From Candidatus Brocadia sp. (GTDB taxonomy: Bacteria; Planctomycetota; Brocadiia; Brocadiales; Brocadiaceae): a stretch of DNA of 32,000 bases. The DNA is taken from contig CP091279.1 in assembly GCA_021650915.1 (NCBI GenBank), forward strand, positions 3,960,001 to 3,992,000, in the 5' to 3' direction. A program made the position numbers and the translations under genes. Below, in pieces: positions 1-9,487 of this stretch (positions within the stretch are counted from its first letter, which is position 1; every line of letters begins with the position of its first letter). Under the pieces are notes generated by a model. It ran no database searches. It was not told where the DNA came from and worked only from the letters and a program-made list of their open reading frames with translations.

Positions 1-43
1 TAGGTACCGGGTTTAATCTTGAAATAGCCGAATCTTTCTCTTG

Positions 44-466
44 TCATTTTTGCAAAGGTTCTCCCAGCTTTGTCTGAATGGCAACTTTCGTGATTCCTGA
101 AGACCTTACCTCGTCAAGTATTTGAATAGCAGCGCCAAAATAGGCTTCCCTGTCCCCATTAATAAAGACTCTTGTGTCAGGATTTTCTGTCTTTAATTGT
201 TTCAAGCGCCCGGATAAAAGGCCTGGAGCCAGTTTTTCCTGATTCAGGTATACATCTCCCGACTTTGTGACGGTGATGGTTACCGCCGCCTCACGCTCTT
301 GAGGGTTGCCGGTAACGGCGGAAGGCAAATTCACGCTGATGCCCTGATTCTTGACCATCGAAAGAGAAACCACTACAAAGGTAGCCAAAAGAAAAAATAT
401 GACATCAATAAGCGGAATAATCTCTATCCTTGCCCTCCGCCTGGTTGCTGGTAGTGGTATCTTCAT
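44..466 (-). CDS. exbD: ExbD/TolR-family biopolymer transport protein
   Basis: 140-aa ORF. It has a short basic N-terminus, then one TM helix with the ExbD/TolR signature (IIPLIDVIFFLLATFVV) and a periplasmic C-domain. Its ATG overlaps the stop of the upstream ExbB gene (ATGA coupling). It is the last visible gene of the receptor-exbB-exbD unit. Confidence 0.85.
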   Translation of the reverse strand: MKIPLPATRRRARIEIIPLIDVIFFLLATFVVVSLSMVKNQGISVNLPSAVTGNPQEREAAVTITVTKSGDVYLNQEKLAPGLLSGRLKQLKTENPDTRVFINGDREAYFGAAIQILDEVRSSGITKVAIQTKLGEPLQK

Positions 467-1071
467 GAGTTTTTATCCTGTTTTAAAAGTAAAAGTTCGA
501 GATGTGCAGTGGCATCCTCAATTTCATGCCTGGCTTCTTCAAGGCGCGCATTGAGATAGTTAAACGGAATAAGCGCGACAATGGCGGTGAGAAGGCCGTA
601 TGCGGTGGCAATTAAGGCCTCGGCAATGCCGCCGGTGATAACCGCAGGCGCCTCAAGCTCTCTGCCTCCCAGAAGACCAAAGGCTTGTATCATACCGATC
701 ACCGTACCAAAAAGACCCAGGAGCGGCGCAAGGGTGATAATCGTGTCAAGCACCGGAAGCCCCCGGTTAAAGCGCTTCAGTTCCTTATTTGCAGCCTGCA
801 AAAGGGCATTTGAAAAGGCTTTGTGACGGTGGCGAAGACCGTAAACAAGGGTAACGGCGACAAAATCACCACATCCTTCTCCTGCCTGTATCGCTTCTTC
901 AATTTTTCCTTTCTCAACTTCAGAAAATATCTTTCCTACCGTTTCCGGGTACCTTGATCTTTTTTCTCGGATAAGAAATGCAATCCGCTCTATAATTACG
1001 GTTAAGGCCGCCAAAGACGCAACGAGGATAGGCCACATGACAGGTCCCCCTCTTAAGAATAAATGAACCAT
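463..1071 (-). CDS. exbB: MotA/TolQ/ExbB-family proton channel (ExbB)
   Basis: 202-aa ORF with an N-terminal TM (PVMWPILVASLAALTVII) and the conserved C-terminal channel region (LAPLLGLFGTVIGMIQAF ... GGIAEALIATAYGLLTAI). It lies 19 nt downstream of the TonB-dependent receptor and is translationally coupled to exbD. Confidence 0.85.
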   Translation of the reverse strand: MVHLFLRGGPVMWPILVASLAALTVIIERIAFLIREKRSRYPETVGKIFSEVEKGKIEEAIQAGEGCGDFVAVTLVYGLRHRHKAFSNALLQAANKELKRFNRGLPVLDTIITLAPLLGLFGTVIGMIQAFGLLGGRELEAPAVITGGIAEALIATAYGLLTAIVALIPFNYLNARLEEARHEIEDATAHLELLLLKQDKNS

Positions 1072-1090
1072 TTTTTACTCCTTTTAAAAA

Positions 1091-3436
1091 TTAGAACCGG
1101 AAAGCCAATGCAGCACGCACCGCAATGGGTTCGACCGGTTTAAAATGAATGTCATTATGCGAAGCGCCCTCATCTTTCAAGCGCGATGGATAATAATAAT
1201 CAATCTCGTGGTCCTCGTTGTTGAGGAGATTGAAACCCTCGACACTGAGAGTCCAGTTTTTGTTGAAATTGTAGCCCGCTTTTGCACTCAGCAGCCTGGT
1301 GGATCCGGAGCGAATACTATTGTCTTCCGTAAGAGGGCGAGGGCCAAAAAACCGCAACCGTAGTTCACTGAAGAGGCCACGCTCACCTGGCTGATGGAAT
1401 GCAATTCCTGTGGATATAACGCTGTCAATTGCGCCGGGGATGTGTCTGCCCTGCACTCCTTCACCCTCAACAGTTTCGCTAAACTCAGCGTGCGAAAATG
1501 AGAAATCAGCGTCCAGAGAGAGCCATTGGGCGGGCGTATAGTAATTTGTCCACTCGACGCCATAACGTCTCGTCGGGGCGCTGGCTTCAGTGCTGCCAGC
1601 GTCTCCGGAAAAAACGAGCTCAGAATCCATATCCAGCAACCATAACGCCAGCGTGCTTTGCAATCCCTTAACAATCGTCGTGCGCACACCAATTTCCGCC
1701 CCTTTTGTGCGCACTAAAGGATCTGCGGATTCCACAGCGTCTCCCGTTTTTGGATCAACCTGTTGCGTCACGCCGTTCCCGGAATTGCTGTGGAAACCGA
1801 AGCCTCCGCTCAAATAATACTCCGTTTTGGCCCAGGGGCCGAAGACAAGCGACCCTTTGGGGCTAACGATCGCGTCATCTCGCGTGCCAGAGTTGGCGGA
1901 TAAATCACTATTCACATCGAAGTGGTAATAATCCATCCGTAATCCGAAAACCGTGCGGAATTTGTCAGCCCATTGAATCTTGTTCTCGACATAGGGAGAG
2001 AGACTCGTTTCCCACACATCATCCTTACGCGTTGTGTCTGAAATCGTCTTACCGTCATAATCTACTTTATCCGTACGTCTTCGTTCTACAGTTTGAAACA
2101 AGCCATTGGTAATCGAATCACTGCGTATTTGCAGGCCAACGGTGTTTTCCATATCACGGTTAAACACCTCGCTATACCAGGTATGGCTGACTTTTGTGCC
2201 ACCGACCCACCGCCTGTCAATTTGCTCAAACTGATCACCCTGGGGACTGTCAAGAAAATAGGTAAAATTGGAAAACAAATCGAGATCGTAGTAAAATCCA
2301 TACAGCAGCGCCTTTGTGGAGGAGTCTGCATCGGCACGATGCCACTCAGCGGAAAGACTGTGACGTTGAGAGTCTCCGCCATCGTTTGAACCCAGTGAAT
2401 CGAAACGGCCAAAGCCTGGAACCACATCCAGGGCGCGCCGGGCAATTTGGTCGGTCGCGTTCCAGTCCCCTGCATACGACATGGATGTTATGCTATAGCC
2501 CCACTCTGGCGTGCCCTGACTGTACCTCAGCACGCCATTTATCCTCTTGTAATCATCCGGCTCGGTCCAGGGGCCGTCATTATGGAATAATTCAACGGCA
2601 TAAAGGAGATTTCCTCTTCCGGCAAGATGTGATCCGGCATACAATCCCCGCGCATAACCCAAGCTGCCGCCCTCCACCTGTGCTATGCTTTGTGGAAGGA
2701 AATCAACATAGTGGATGTCTGCGGCGCCTGTGGAGGAAAAATCGCCGAGGTCGGCAAAATAGACCCCTTTCCGGAAATCCACGCGCTCAATTAGTTCAGG
2801 AATGATAAAATTCAAATCTGTATAACCCTGGCCATGCCCATGCGTGGGCAGATTTACCGGAACGCCGTTGACCGATGTGGCGAAGTCTGTTCCATGATCA
2901 AGATTAAAGCCACGCAGAAAAAACTGATTCGCCTTACCGGCGCCACTGTGCTGGGTGACGATAACGCCGGGAACCGTCTCCAGCACTTCACCGGGACGCG
3001 AGAAGGTGCGCCATTCCAACTCGTCCTTCCCTCTGGTGCCCTGAGACGCCGTGCCTGCAATGCCAAGCAAACTGTCCGCACGTCCGCTGACCAACACTTC
3101 CGGCAAAAGAATCGCATCGCTAGAGGAATCCATTGCTTCCGTGGACTCTTGTATGATCCCCGGTGAATCATCTGTATTATTACCGCTTTCCTCTGATTGA
3201 TTGAAAGAGTTTGCATCTGCTTCATTTGCTGTTGGAGAGCTGGTTTCGGCTTGCTCCTCAGTTATGCCCTGCCCTGCTGATTGTTTTAGAATTGCCTCGT
3301 TGCTCGCGGCTTCCGTTTCTTCCGAGCGACGTCTCGTTGAAGCAGTTTCCGTCGTTTCCCCGGCCAAAGCGGTCTTGCAACAAAAGTCAGGCGCCAAAAT
3401 AATTACGAACATGACAAAAAGATACTTCATTTGCAT
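1091..3436 (-). CDS. TonB-dependent outer-membrane receptor, cobalamin-riboswitch controlled, with an acidic N-terminal extension
   Basis: 781-aa ORF with a signal peptide (MQMKYLFVMFVIILAPDFCCKTALA). About 83 aa of acidic, S/T/E-rich low complexity follow, then a plug-like region (LLPEVLVSG...VIVTQHSGAGKANQFFLRGFNLDHGTD). A long beta-rich body ends in ...ALAFRF, the terminal aromatic typical of OM barrels. Its RBS and start lie directly 3' of a cobalamin riboswitch. Confidence 0.85.
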   Translation of the reverse strand: MQMKYLFVMFVIILAPDFCCKTALAGETTETASTRRRSEETEAASNEAILKQSAGQGITEEQAETSSPTANEADANSFNQSEESGNNTDDSPGIIQESTEAMDSSSDAILLPEVLVSGRADSLLGIAGTASQGTRGKDELEWRTFSRPGEVLETVPGVIVTQHSGAGKANQFFLRGFNLDHGTDFATSVNGVPVNLPTHGHGQGYTDLNFIIPELIERVDFRKGVYFADLGDFSSTGAADIHYVDFLPQSIAQVEGGSLGYARGLYAGSHLAGRGNLLYAVELFHNDGPWTEPDDYKRINGVLRYSQGTPEWGYSITSMSYAGDWNATDQIARRALDVVPGFGRFDSLGSNDGGDSQRHSLSAEWHRADADSSTKALLYGFYYDLDLFSNFTYFLDSPQGDQFEQIDRRWVGGTKVSHTWYSEVFNRDMENTVGLQIRSDSITNGLFQTVERRRTDKVDYDGKTISDTTRKDDVWETSLSPYVENKIQWADKFRTVFGLRMDYYHFDVNSDLSANSGTRDDAIVSPKGSLVFGPWAKTEYYLSGGFGFHSNSGNGVTQQVDPKTGDAVESADPLVRTKGAEIGVRTTIVKGLQSTLALWLLDMDSELVFSGDAGSTEASAPTRRYGVEWTNYYTPAQWLSLDADFSFSHAEFSETVEGEGVQGRHIPGAIDSVISTGIAFHQPGERGLFSELRLRFFGPRPLTEDNSIRSGSTRLLSAKAGYNFNKNWTLSVEGFNLLNNEDHEIDYYYPSRLKDEGASHNDIHFKPVEPIAVRAALAFRF

Positions 3437-3473
3437 CCATCCTTCCCCCTCGGAAATAAGAATTAAAAAGTGT

Positions 3474-3775
3474 GCTCAAACAGGTCTCCTGGCTGCCGGG
3501 TCTTCCTACGTTCTGCGCCTTCCCATCCCTTGAGATCGTCTCACCGCAAAGACGCAGAGGTCGCAAAGAAAAACAGAAGATTAGGAAATAAAGAGGCCTT
3601 GTTTTTGCATTCCCATCTTCCAGGTTTCTTACCTCGTCCTCGTCCTTTTCCTTTGCGCTCTTTGCGCCTCTGCGGTGATCTCTTTCCCAATCACGACAGT
3701 GGCATAGTGCAGAGCTCGTCGCCGGTTACAGTTGCGGGGCAGCTCCCGTTTTTACGGGATTCCCTGAATATTTGA
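3474..3775 (-). promoter_or_regulatory. Cobalamin riboswitch (long variant) leading the receptor-exbBD operon
   Basis: The minus strand reads AGGGAATCCCGTAAAAACGGGAGCTGCCCCGCAACTGTAACCGG ... GCCACTGTCGTGATTGGGAAAG ... GGGAAGGCGCAG ... GGCAGCCAGGAGACCTG (B12 box). The receptor RBS and ATG follow about 35 nt later. An extra long helix is inserted between the core halves (arms about 3537-3567 and 3660-3682). Confidence 0.85.
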
Positions 3776-4080
3776 ACTATTAATAATAAGGACGCAGATT
3801 TCCGATGATTACCGCAGACTTTGTCGTGAACGCACAGTCGAATGACAATAATTTTATCTTCTGGTTTTTAAATCCTGATAATCAGTATTCATCTGTGTCC
3901 GATTTCGTAAGTTTTTATCTTTTTTTATCCCCTCCCTTCATAAATATTCCACGAATCCTCTTTCTTAAAGGGGAAGTCTTCAACCAGACTGATCAAAAAA
4001 TTTTTGCCTATAATGTGTATGTATTGGCAAACTGCCGTTTTTCCTGCTAGTTGTATACAAAGATTGATTTTTAGGAATGT

Positions 4081-4434
4081 CTATTCAGACCCTTCCGGCA
4101 CATAGATTACCTTTCCATCTGTTAACCGATAAGCAATCCCTAATCGGGTGCCTTCTCCCTGTAGTTTTTTATCGGTAACCTTTTCCACTTTTACCTGCTT
4201 CCCCTTTTTTGTAACAATCTCTACCTGGCCATTTTCTCTTTGTTTAACCATGGTAATCTCTGTTTTTGGAGAAAGGAGGTCGAGGAGGCTATACGCGCTA
4301 ATTAATGCCCCGATAAGACCGACAATAAAGACAACCCCTACGTCGAATAGATTTGCAACACCTGACATGGGATCTTCCTGATGAAGATCAACATCCCTTC
4401 CTATCACCCTGCGCCTTTTCTTGAGATATCTCAT
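4081..4434 (-). CDS. DUF2149-like single-TM protein (partner of the MotA/ExbB-like channel)
   Basis: The ORF track gives a TTG start at 4509. I prefer the ATG at 4434 (MRYLKKRRRVIGRDVDLHQEDPMSGVANLFDVGVVFIVGLIGAL...), because a basic N-terminus followed by the 'DPMSGVANLFDV' TM segment is how I recall DUF2149 proteins beginning. The topology is ExbD-like (short cytoplasmic tail, one TM, soluble C-domain). It lies directly after the MotA-like gene. Confidence 0.65.
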   Translation of the reverse strand: MRYLKKRRRVIGRDVDLHQEDPMSGVANLFDVGVVFIVGLIGALISAYSLLDLLSPKTEITMVKQRENGQVEIVTKKGKQVKVEKVTDKKLQGEGTRLGIAYRLTDGKVIYVPEGSE

Positions 4435-4521
4435 TGTGTATTTTTGTTCACCGCAGAGACGCACATATTCCGGATAGCGGTTGGGAAATTGAGTGATTGA
4501 GATTCCCAACTTCCCAGTTTC

Positions 4522-5172
4522 TTATCCTTGTCTCCGCTCCTCTGAGGCAAACGACTCCTTATCTTTCATAATATACTCTGTAAAATATTCAAGGTTTTTT
4601 ATATCTTCATGAATCCAACGATTCTTCATCATAGAGAGGAAATATGCTACGATTCCGATTGCTAATCCAACGACCGTTGTGGTAAAGGCAATGATGATAT
4701 TACTTGAGAGTTTTTCAAGGTCGCCGTGCGATAGTGCAGACAATGCAGGCCCCATCGGGATTATCGTTCCCATCAATCCTAACGTAGGACCTGCACGGAT
4801 CATGAGACGAAGTTTGTCCAGACTTCTGGTCATCTCTTGTTCTTTACTCTGCAACAGATATTCAACCCGAATTTCTTTACCGTGATCCCCCATCCTCAAT
4901 TCATTTACCAATTCATCAACATATACCCGAAAATACCGTGGCATTCCCTGGATTTTTTGAATTTGAAGCGGAGAAGATTCTGTAAAATACCCAACAAATT
5001 CCTTTGGATCCCTTCTGCCGCCAAGCCCCCTTCGTTCTGCATATTCAGAAACGAAACCTCCCACGATTATAATCATCCAAATAAAAAAGATGATTAATAA
5101 AATCATGACGGGATAGAGCATTGCCGATGAGATAAGGGATAGAGTATTTTGTAATACATTGATCGTGCTCAT
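4522..5172 (-). CDS. MotA/TolQ/ExbB-family proton channel protein (second copy, CobN-associated)
   Basis: 216-aa ORF with an N-terminal TM (MLYPVMILLIIFFIWMIIIVGGF) and a C-terminal channel motif (GPTLGLMGTIIPMGPAL ... IIIAFTTTVVGLAIGIVAYFL). It is clearly distinct from the ExbB at 463-1071. Confidence 0.8.
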   Translation of the reverse strand: MSTINVLQNTLSLISSAMLYPVMILLIIFFIWMIIIVGGFVSEYAERRGLGGRRDPKEFVGYFTESSPLQIQKIQGMPRYFRVYVDELVNELRMGDHGKEIRVEYLLQSKEQEMTRSLDKLRLMIRAGPTLGLMGTIIPMGPALSALSHGDLEKLSSNIIIAFTTTVVGLAIGIVAYFLSMMKNRWIHEDIKNLEYFTEYIMKDKESFASEERRQG

Positions 5173-5283
5173 AGTAAATTGTCCTTTAATACGAAAATTA
5201 CCGGATGTTCAAATACCGTTGTAATTTAAACCTTTAAATCTGAACAAAACGTTTCATGGCAAAACGGATTATTTCAAGTTAAA

Positions 5284-5314
5284 CATGGACAAACAAGTTT
5301 GTCCATGCCACCCC
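5284..5314. repeat. Palindromic intergenic element, copy 1 (CATGGACAAAC-AA-GTTTGTCCATG + CCACCCC)
   Basis: A perfect 11-bp inverted repeat followed by CCACCC lies between the cobN-like stop and the motA-like start. Related copies sit at 12761-12793 and 26563-26593. Confidence 0.8.
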
Positions 5315-5350
5315 AAAATCCGCTTAAATAAAATAAAAATTCCTATACAA

Positions 5351-8300
5351 TTAAAACTTCTTCCTTACCCATCCATAAAAGAAAAGACCGACGCAGCTTA
5401 TTATTACGATGACAGGAAACCATTGCCTGCCTGACCTATTTACCCATGCGGATGCATTATCAGGCACTCCTGCTGATTTTTCCTCGTTCGTTTTTACCTC
5501 CTCCATCTCGAATCCATTGACCGGTTCCGTTTCTTCAACTGGCAATGCTTTATGAGCTTCCTTTTGTCCGCCCTGGGAAAGAGGGAATTCATTCTTTGCG
5601 CCGGAAAATAAAAAGTCTGTTGATGTCTCATGGGGTTTTTCTTCTGATTTTTGCTCAGCAATTTTTGCAGGAACAGGCGTTTGTTCTAACCGATTTAGTA
5701 AGGGTGTCTGAGCTTGAACAACCTTATCCATCTCTGTCTTTCGTTCGTCTAATAGTTTGCCGGTAGCCGCCTTTAAGATACCCGCATAGGTATTTAAACT
5801 ATCTTGATCCGCAAGACCGGAACCAGACAAGACATTCATTACATATTCCTGGAATGCCGGATTGTTGCAGGTATGTTCACAACAGGCGACTCCATGTTTT
5901 GCCACCGTTTCCACATATTCCTTCGCCAAGGTTTGTTTGTCTTCTTCTGAGGGATGCCAGTAGCCCTTCCGCACAACCTCAAGCATGCGGGCAGTAATGG
6001 CCTGATAGGCATACGGATTCTTTTTATTGAAAAACTCCTTCAAATCCATTCCGTATTTATCCTCGACATAAACCCCGAACGTTTGCTCCCAACGGGCAGC
6101 ATCTATTGTCTCTGGCACCGTAACCTGCCAGCCCCACATATTCTCAATAAATTCCGACATCTTATTTGCCCCCTCAAAGCCTTCCTTCTTCATCCCCTCA
6201 ATCCATTGAGGATTCAGATAGCGGGATCGCAGTTCCATGCCCATCATCCTATCGATCGGCGTCATTTCCGGCTTGGCCGGATTCATAATATTCGTAACAG
6301 CGAGGTCCGGAGATTTTCCATCGAGTTCCCGGACTGTCGCGGCAAGTCCGCCTGCGTACATATAGAAGTCATCGTTATCTAGGGTCCCATAAACATTGGT
6401 GGAACGGCTGTGGATTACCATCTTTGTCCCGCTTAATATCATTTTATATACCTCCTCCATCGGTTCTCCCCATAAACCATTCCCGTAACCATGGCTCATA
6501 CGCTTCAAATATTCGTTTGCAACCACAGAATCATCCTCCCATGTCCCGCTTGCACTCACAATCCGGGAAACATTCAGATCATAACGCCCCGGAGCCTCAT
6601 CAAAGATCCTCACGGAAGCATATTGCTCAGCCTTTTTTTGCGACCAGCCTGACTGGACCAGTTTTTCAGTCAATTCCTTGATGTGTTGCCGAACCAGGTT
6701 ATCTTCCTCATCAAGTTTCTTCACCATCTGAACGGCCTGATCAATATACTGAGTTAATTGACCAAACATCTCTTCTGCCGCCGAAGATACAACGATATCG
6801 ATCCGTGGACGACCTAATTTTTCTTTCGGTATGACGCTTATTCCCGTCACCCTCCCCCATTCATTCCAAACAGGCTCGACGCCCAATAAATAAAGTATCT
6901 GCGACTCTAATATCCCCTCATGCCGTATCGTCTCAGTACCCCAGATGACAAATGATAATTTTTCCGGATATTTCCCATTGTTTTTTTCCCGATAATTATC
7001 AAGGAGTTCCCGGGTCAATTTCACCCCCACCTGCCACGCCTCTTTCTTGGGAATCTTATCGGGATTAAAGGCATAAAAGTTTTTTCCCGTTGGCAATGAA
7101 TCCGGATTCCGTACAGGGTCATTCCCCGTGCCCGTTGTTATAAATCGACCTTCTAATGATTTAACCGTGTTTGCCAGTTCCTGCCTTGCGCTGTCCTGAA
7201 TTTTTTTATCCAGTTCCTCGGCAGAGATATCTTTAACAACCTCTTGTATAGCCTGAATAGTTGAGTTTCGAAGTAACTCGTCGGGAACGCTCCCAAAGGT
7301 ATGAAGACCGTAAGGCATATTCAGTTGTTTCATCTCTTTGAGAAATTCTTCAATCTCGTGAATAACTTCATGATCAAATTTGTGCGGGCCGCCTTCCTCC
7401 GTATTAACAGACAAGAATCCGCTGATATCGATATCTTTATCAAGCCCCAGTTCTTTTACCTTCTTTATAATATTTTCCTGATACTGCCTTGCGTGTTCGG
7501 CGCCCTGTTCAAGTGCCTGGTCATGACTGCTAATCAATTCCTCAAGTTCGGCATACTCGTGGTAAAGTCCTCCCTTTTTCAAGGGCGGAATCATGTGATC
7601 AATAATAACCGCAGAACCCCTGCGTTTCGCAACAAGCCCCTCGCCAACGTCATCCACGATATAGGGATAGATTACTGGCAAGTCCTGAATTAATGCCTCT
7701 GGCGGGTCTTCATCAGAAAGACCATTACTCTTTCCAGGCAACCACTCGTGTGTGCCATGTGTGCCAAAATGAATAACAGCGTCAGCGCCAAAACCATATT
7801 TCAGCCATAAATAAACCCCTACATACTGATGATGCGGAAACAGGTCCTGACTATGGAACATAGCCTCATGGTCTTCCATCCAGCCCCTTACCGGCTGAGG
7901 CAGGATAATAACATTTCCCTGTCTTACTGCCGGAATAACCATATATTTTTTGCCTTGTTTTGTATCCCTCCACATCATTACATCCGACGTTTCAACCGGC
8001 CCCCAGTCTTTATTAACCTCTTTCATAAAATCTCCGGGCAAATTTCTGGTCCATCTTTGATATTCCTCCAAAGGCAGTAATACACATTTCCCGTTTTTTA
8101 CCATCTCATCAAGCTCGCCCGGCGCCCAATTCCCAACGTTTCTCCCATATCGAAGTGAATTCTCAAGGAGTAGTTCCTGATTCATTGCATCATTGCCGAT
8201 ATCGTATCCGGCCGCCTTCAGTGTCTTTAATACGTTGTTAATACTGGCGAAGACGTTCAGGTAGCTCGCGCCGATATGCTGTTTCCCGGGGGGGTAATTC

Positions 8301-9487
8301 CAATAAAAGATTGCCACTCTTTTATCTTTATTATCCTTTCTTTGTAAATTAATCCAGGTATTCATGCGGTTAACAGCCCGGTTAATTCGGTCGGCTATAG
8401 GTTTTCGTTCTTCAATAAAAAAGCCCGTTTCATCATCCCTCTCACGAATGCGATGTGAAACAACGACAGGCTGAATAAGACCTGCAATCTCAGGGATAGC
8501 TAATTGCCAGCTTACCTCTAATGAACTGAGGCCTTCAGGGTCGGTCTTCCATGCCTTTCCATCCTTCCCGTACAGTGTAATTAAATTCAGTATCGGCACT
8601 CCGCATTTTTCCAGTACATGAGCAGCTTCGAAATCTGAAAACCGGAATAAAAAGGAAAGTATGCCAGAGATCCTTGGGATGCCTCTTGAATCTATCAGTA
8701 GTTTCTCAACTGCTGCCGCTTCAGGATACCCAAATGCAACGAAGGCGTTGTATCCCTTTTCTTCCAACTTACGAATTAATTCATCCTCTACCTCATTTTG
8801 CCCCTGTTCACAAAAAGATGAATAGGTTAATACGGCAATCCATTCTGCATTTTGTTTAAAATAGCCTCCCTTCTTATACCACTCCGCATATTCTTCAAAT
8901 GTCTCAAAGAACATTCCCTGTGAATTGTGCCGATGATAGTAACCGTTCTTTAGTAACTTTTGGGGCGCCGCTCCTTTAATCCCGGAAATTCCAGAATACT
9001 TTGCCAGAGAGAATAACACCATATTCTGGAAATTTTCGATGCCTCCGCAATCAAAATAAGAGCGGAATTCCTCATCATAGGTGAGACCTATTTCGATATA
9101 CTGCTTATCTAATCCGGCCGAATGGTTTATCGGTAATATATACGCCCCATGAGCAATAGCCTTCCTGATTGCCTCCTGATCAAAACCTGTTTGCGTTAAA
9201 GTTGATATCCTTATGCCCATAATATCGATAACAACGATATCAGATCCCTCTATCTCATGAGGATTGAAGGTGGAATCCAGGTCTGTGTCGCTGATAAGCT
9301 CAAAATCTACTCGGTCTCTGAGAAACGGGTATTCTTTCCAAATATTTTTTATTGCTTTGGCAACTGCCGGTGTCAAATAGTTTCCCACCAGGAAAGTATA
9401 TTTTATACGCTCGGTTTCTCCTGCAAGAGAAGATGACAGGAAAGAAATACATACAATAAGCAGAGTTAAAACTGTGTATCTTCTCAT
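5351..9487 (-). CDS. cobN: CobN/Mg-chelatase-family large subunit homologue with N-terminal signal peptide and C-terminal membrane anchor
   Basis: 1378-aa ORF of CobN-like length and content throughout (for example ...HFGTHGTHEWLPGK..., ...VIWGTETIRHEG..., ...YGTLDNDDFYMYAGG...). It starts with MRRYTVLTLLIVCISFLSSSLAGE (signal-peptide-like). It ends with a low-complexity linker, one hydrophobic helix and a basic tail (WFPVIVIISCVGLFFYGWVRKKF). An SD-like GGGGTGA precedes the ATG. Confidence 0.8.
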   Translation of the reverse strand: MRRYTVLTLLIVCISFLSSSLAGETERIKYTFLVGNYLTPAVAKAIKNIWKEYPFLRDRVDFELISDTDLDSTFNPHEIEGSDIVVIDIMGIRISTLTQTGFDQEAIRKAIAHGAYILPINHSAGLDKQYIEIGLTYDEEFRSYFDCGGIENFQNMVLFSLAKYSGISGIKGAAPQKLLKNGYYHRHNSQGMFFETFEEYAEWYKKGGYFKQNAEWIAVLTYSSFCEQGQNEVEDELIRKLEEKGYNAFVAFGYPEAAAVEKLLIDSRGIPRISGILSFLFRFSDFEAAHVLEKCGVPILNLITLYGKDGKAWKTDPEGLSSLEVSWQLAIPEIAGLIQPVVVSHRIRERDDETGFFIEERKPIADRINRAVNRMNTWINLQRKDNKDKRVAIFYWNYPPGKQHIGASYLNVFASINNVLKTLKAAGYDIGNDAMNQELLLENSLRYGRNVGNWAPGELDEMVKNGKCVLLPLEEYQRWTRNLPGDFMKEVNKDWGPVETSDVMMWRDTKQGKKYMVIPAVRQGNVIILPQPVRGWMEDHEAMFHSQDLFPHHQYVGVYLWLKYGFGADAVIHFGTHGTHEWLPGKSNGLSDEDPPEALIQDLPVIYPYIVDDVGEGLVAKRRGSAVIIDHMIPPLKKGGLYHEYAELEELISSHDQALEQGAEHARQYQENIIKKVKELGLDKDIDISGFLSVNTEEGGPHKFDHEVIHEIEEFLKEMKQLNMPYGLHTFGSVPDELLRNSTIQAIQEVVKDISAEELDKKIQDSARQELANTVKSLEGRFITTGTGNDPVRNPDSLPTGKNFYAFNPDKIPKKEAWQVGVKLTRELLDNYREKNNGKYPEKLSFVIWGTETIRHEGILESQILYLLGVEPVWNEWGRVTGISVIPKEKLGRPRIDIVVSSAAEEMFGQLTQYIDQAVQMVKKLDEEDNLVRQHIKELTEKLVQSGWSQKKAEQYASVRIFDEAPGRYDLNVSRIVSASGTWEDDSVVANEYLKRMSHGYGNGLWGEPMEEVYKMILSGTKMVIHSRSTNVYGTLDNDDFYMYAGGLAATVRELDGKSPDLAVTNIMNPAKPEMTPIDRMMGMELRSRYLNPQWIEGMKKEGFEGANKMSEFIENMWGWQVTVPETIDAARWEQTFGVYVEDKYGMDLKEFFNKKNPYAYQAITARMLEVVRKGYWHPSEEDKQTLAKEYVETVAKHGVACCEHTCNNPAFQEYVMNVLSGSGLADQDSLNTYAGILKAATGKLLDERKTEMDKVVQAQTPLLNRLEQTPVPAKIAEQKSEEKPHETSTDFLFSGAKNEFPLSQGGQKEAHKALPVEETEPVNGFEMEEVKTNEEKSAGVPDNASAWVNRSGRQWFPVIVIISCVGLFFYGWVRKKF

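Noticed and set aside
1145-3225. Numerous 60-160-aa ORFs on both strands nested inside the first TonB-dependent receptor. The same occurs inside cobN, the second receptor, res, mod and cobQ.
   Set aside because: All are shadow frames of long, well-supported genes, with no independent signals.
3470-3775. 101-aa plus-strand ORF, with an almost identical twin at 12426-12731, which could be mistaken for a conserved duplicated small protein.
   Set aside because: Both lie exactly antisense to the cobalamin riboswitch leaders. Their 'conservation' is just the duplicated RNA element. The sequences are Arg/Pro/Ser-rich and lack an SD.
3805-4050. 81-aa plus-strand ORF in the 290-bp AT-rich gap between the DUF2149 gene and riboswitch 1.
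   Set aside because: It has no SD, a Phe/Asn/Ile-rich composition reflecting AT-rich intergenic DNA, and no motifs. The region more plausibly holds the promoter of the riboswitch 1 unit, which I could not pin down.
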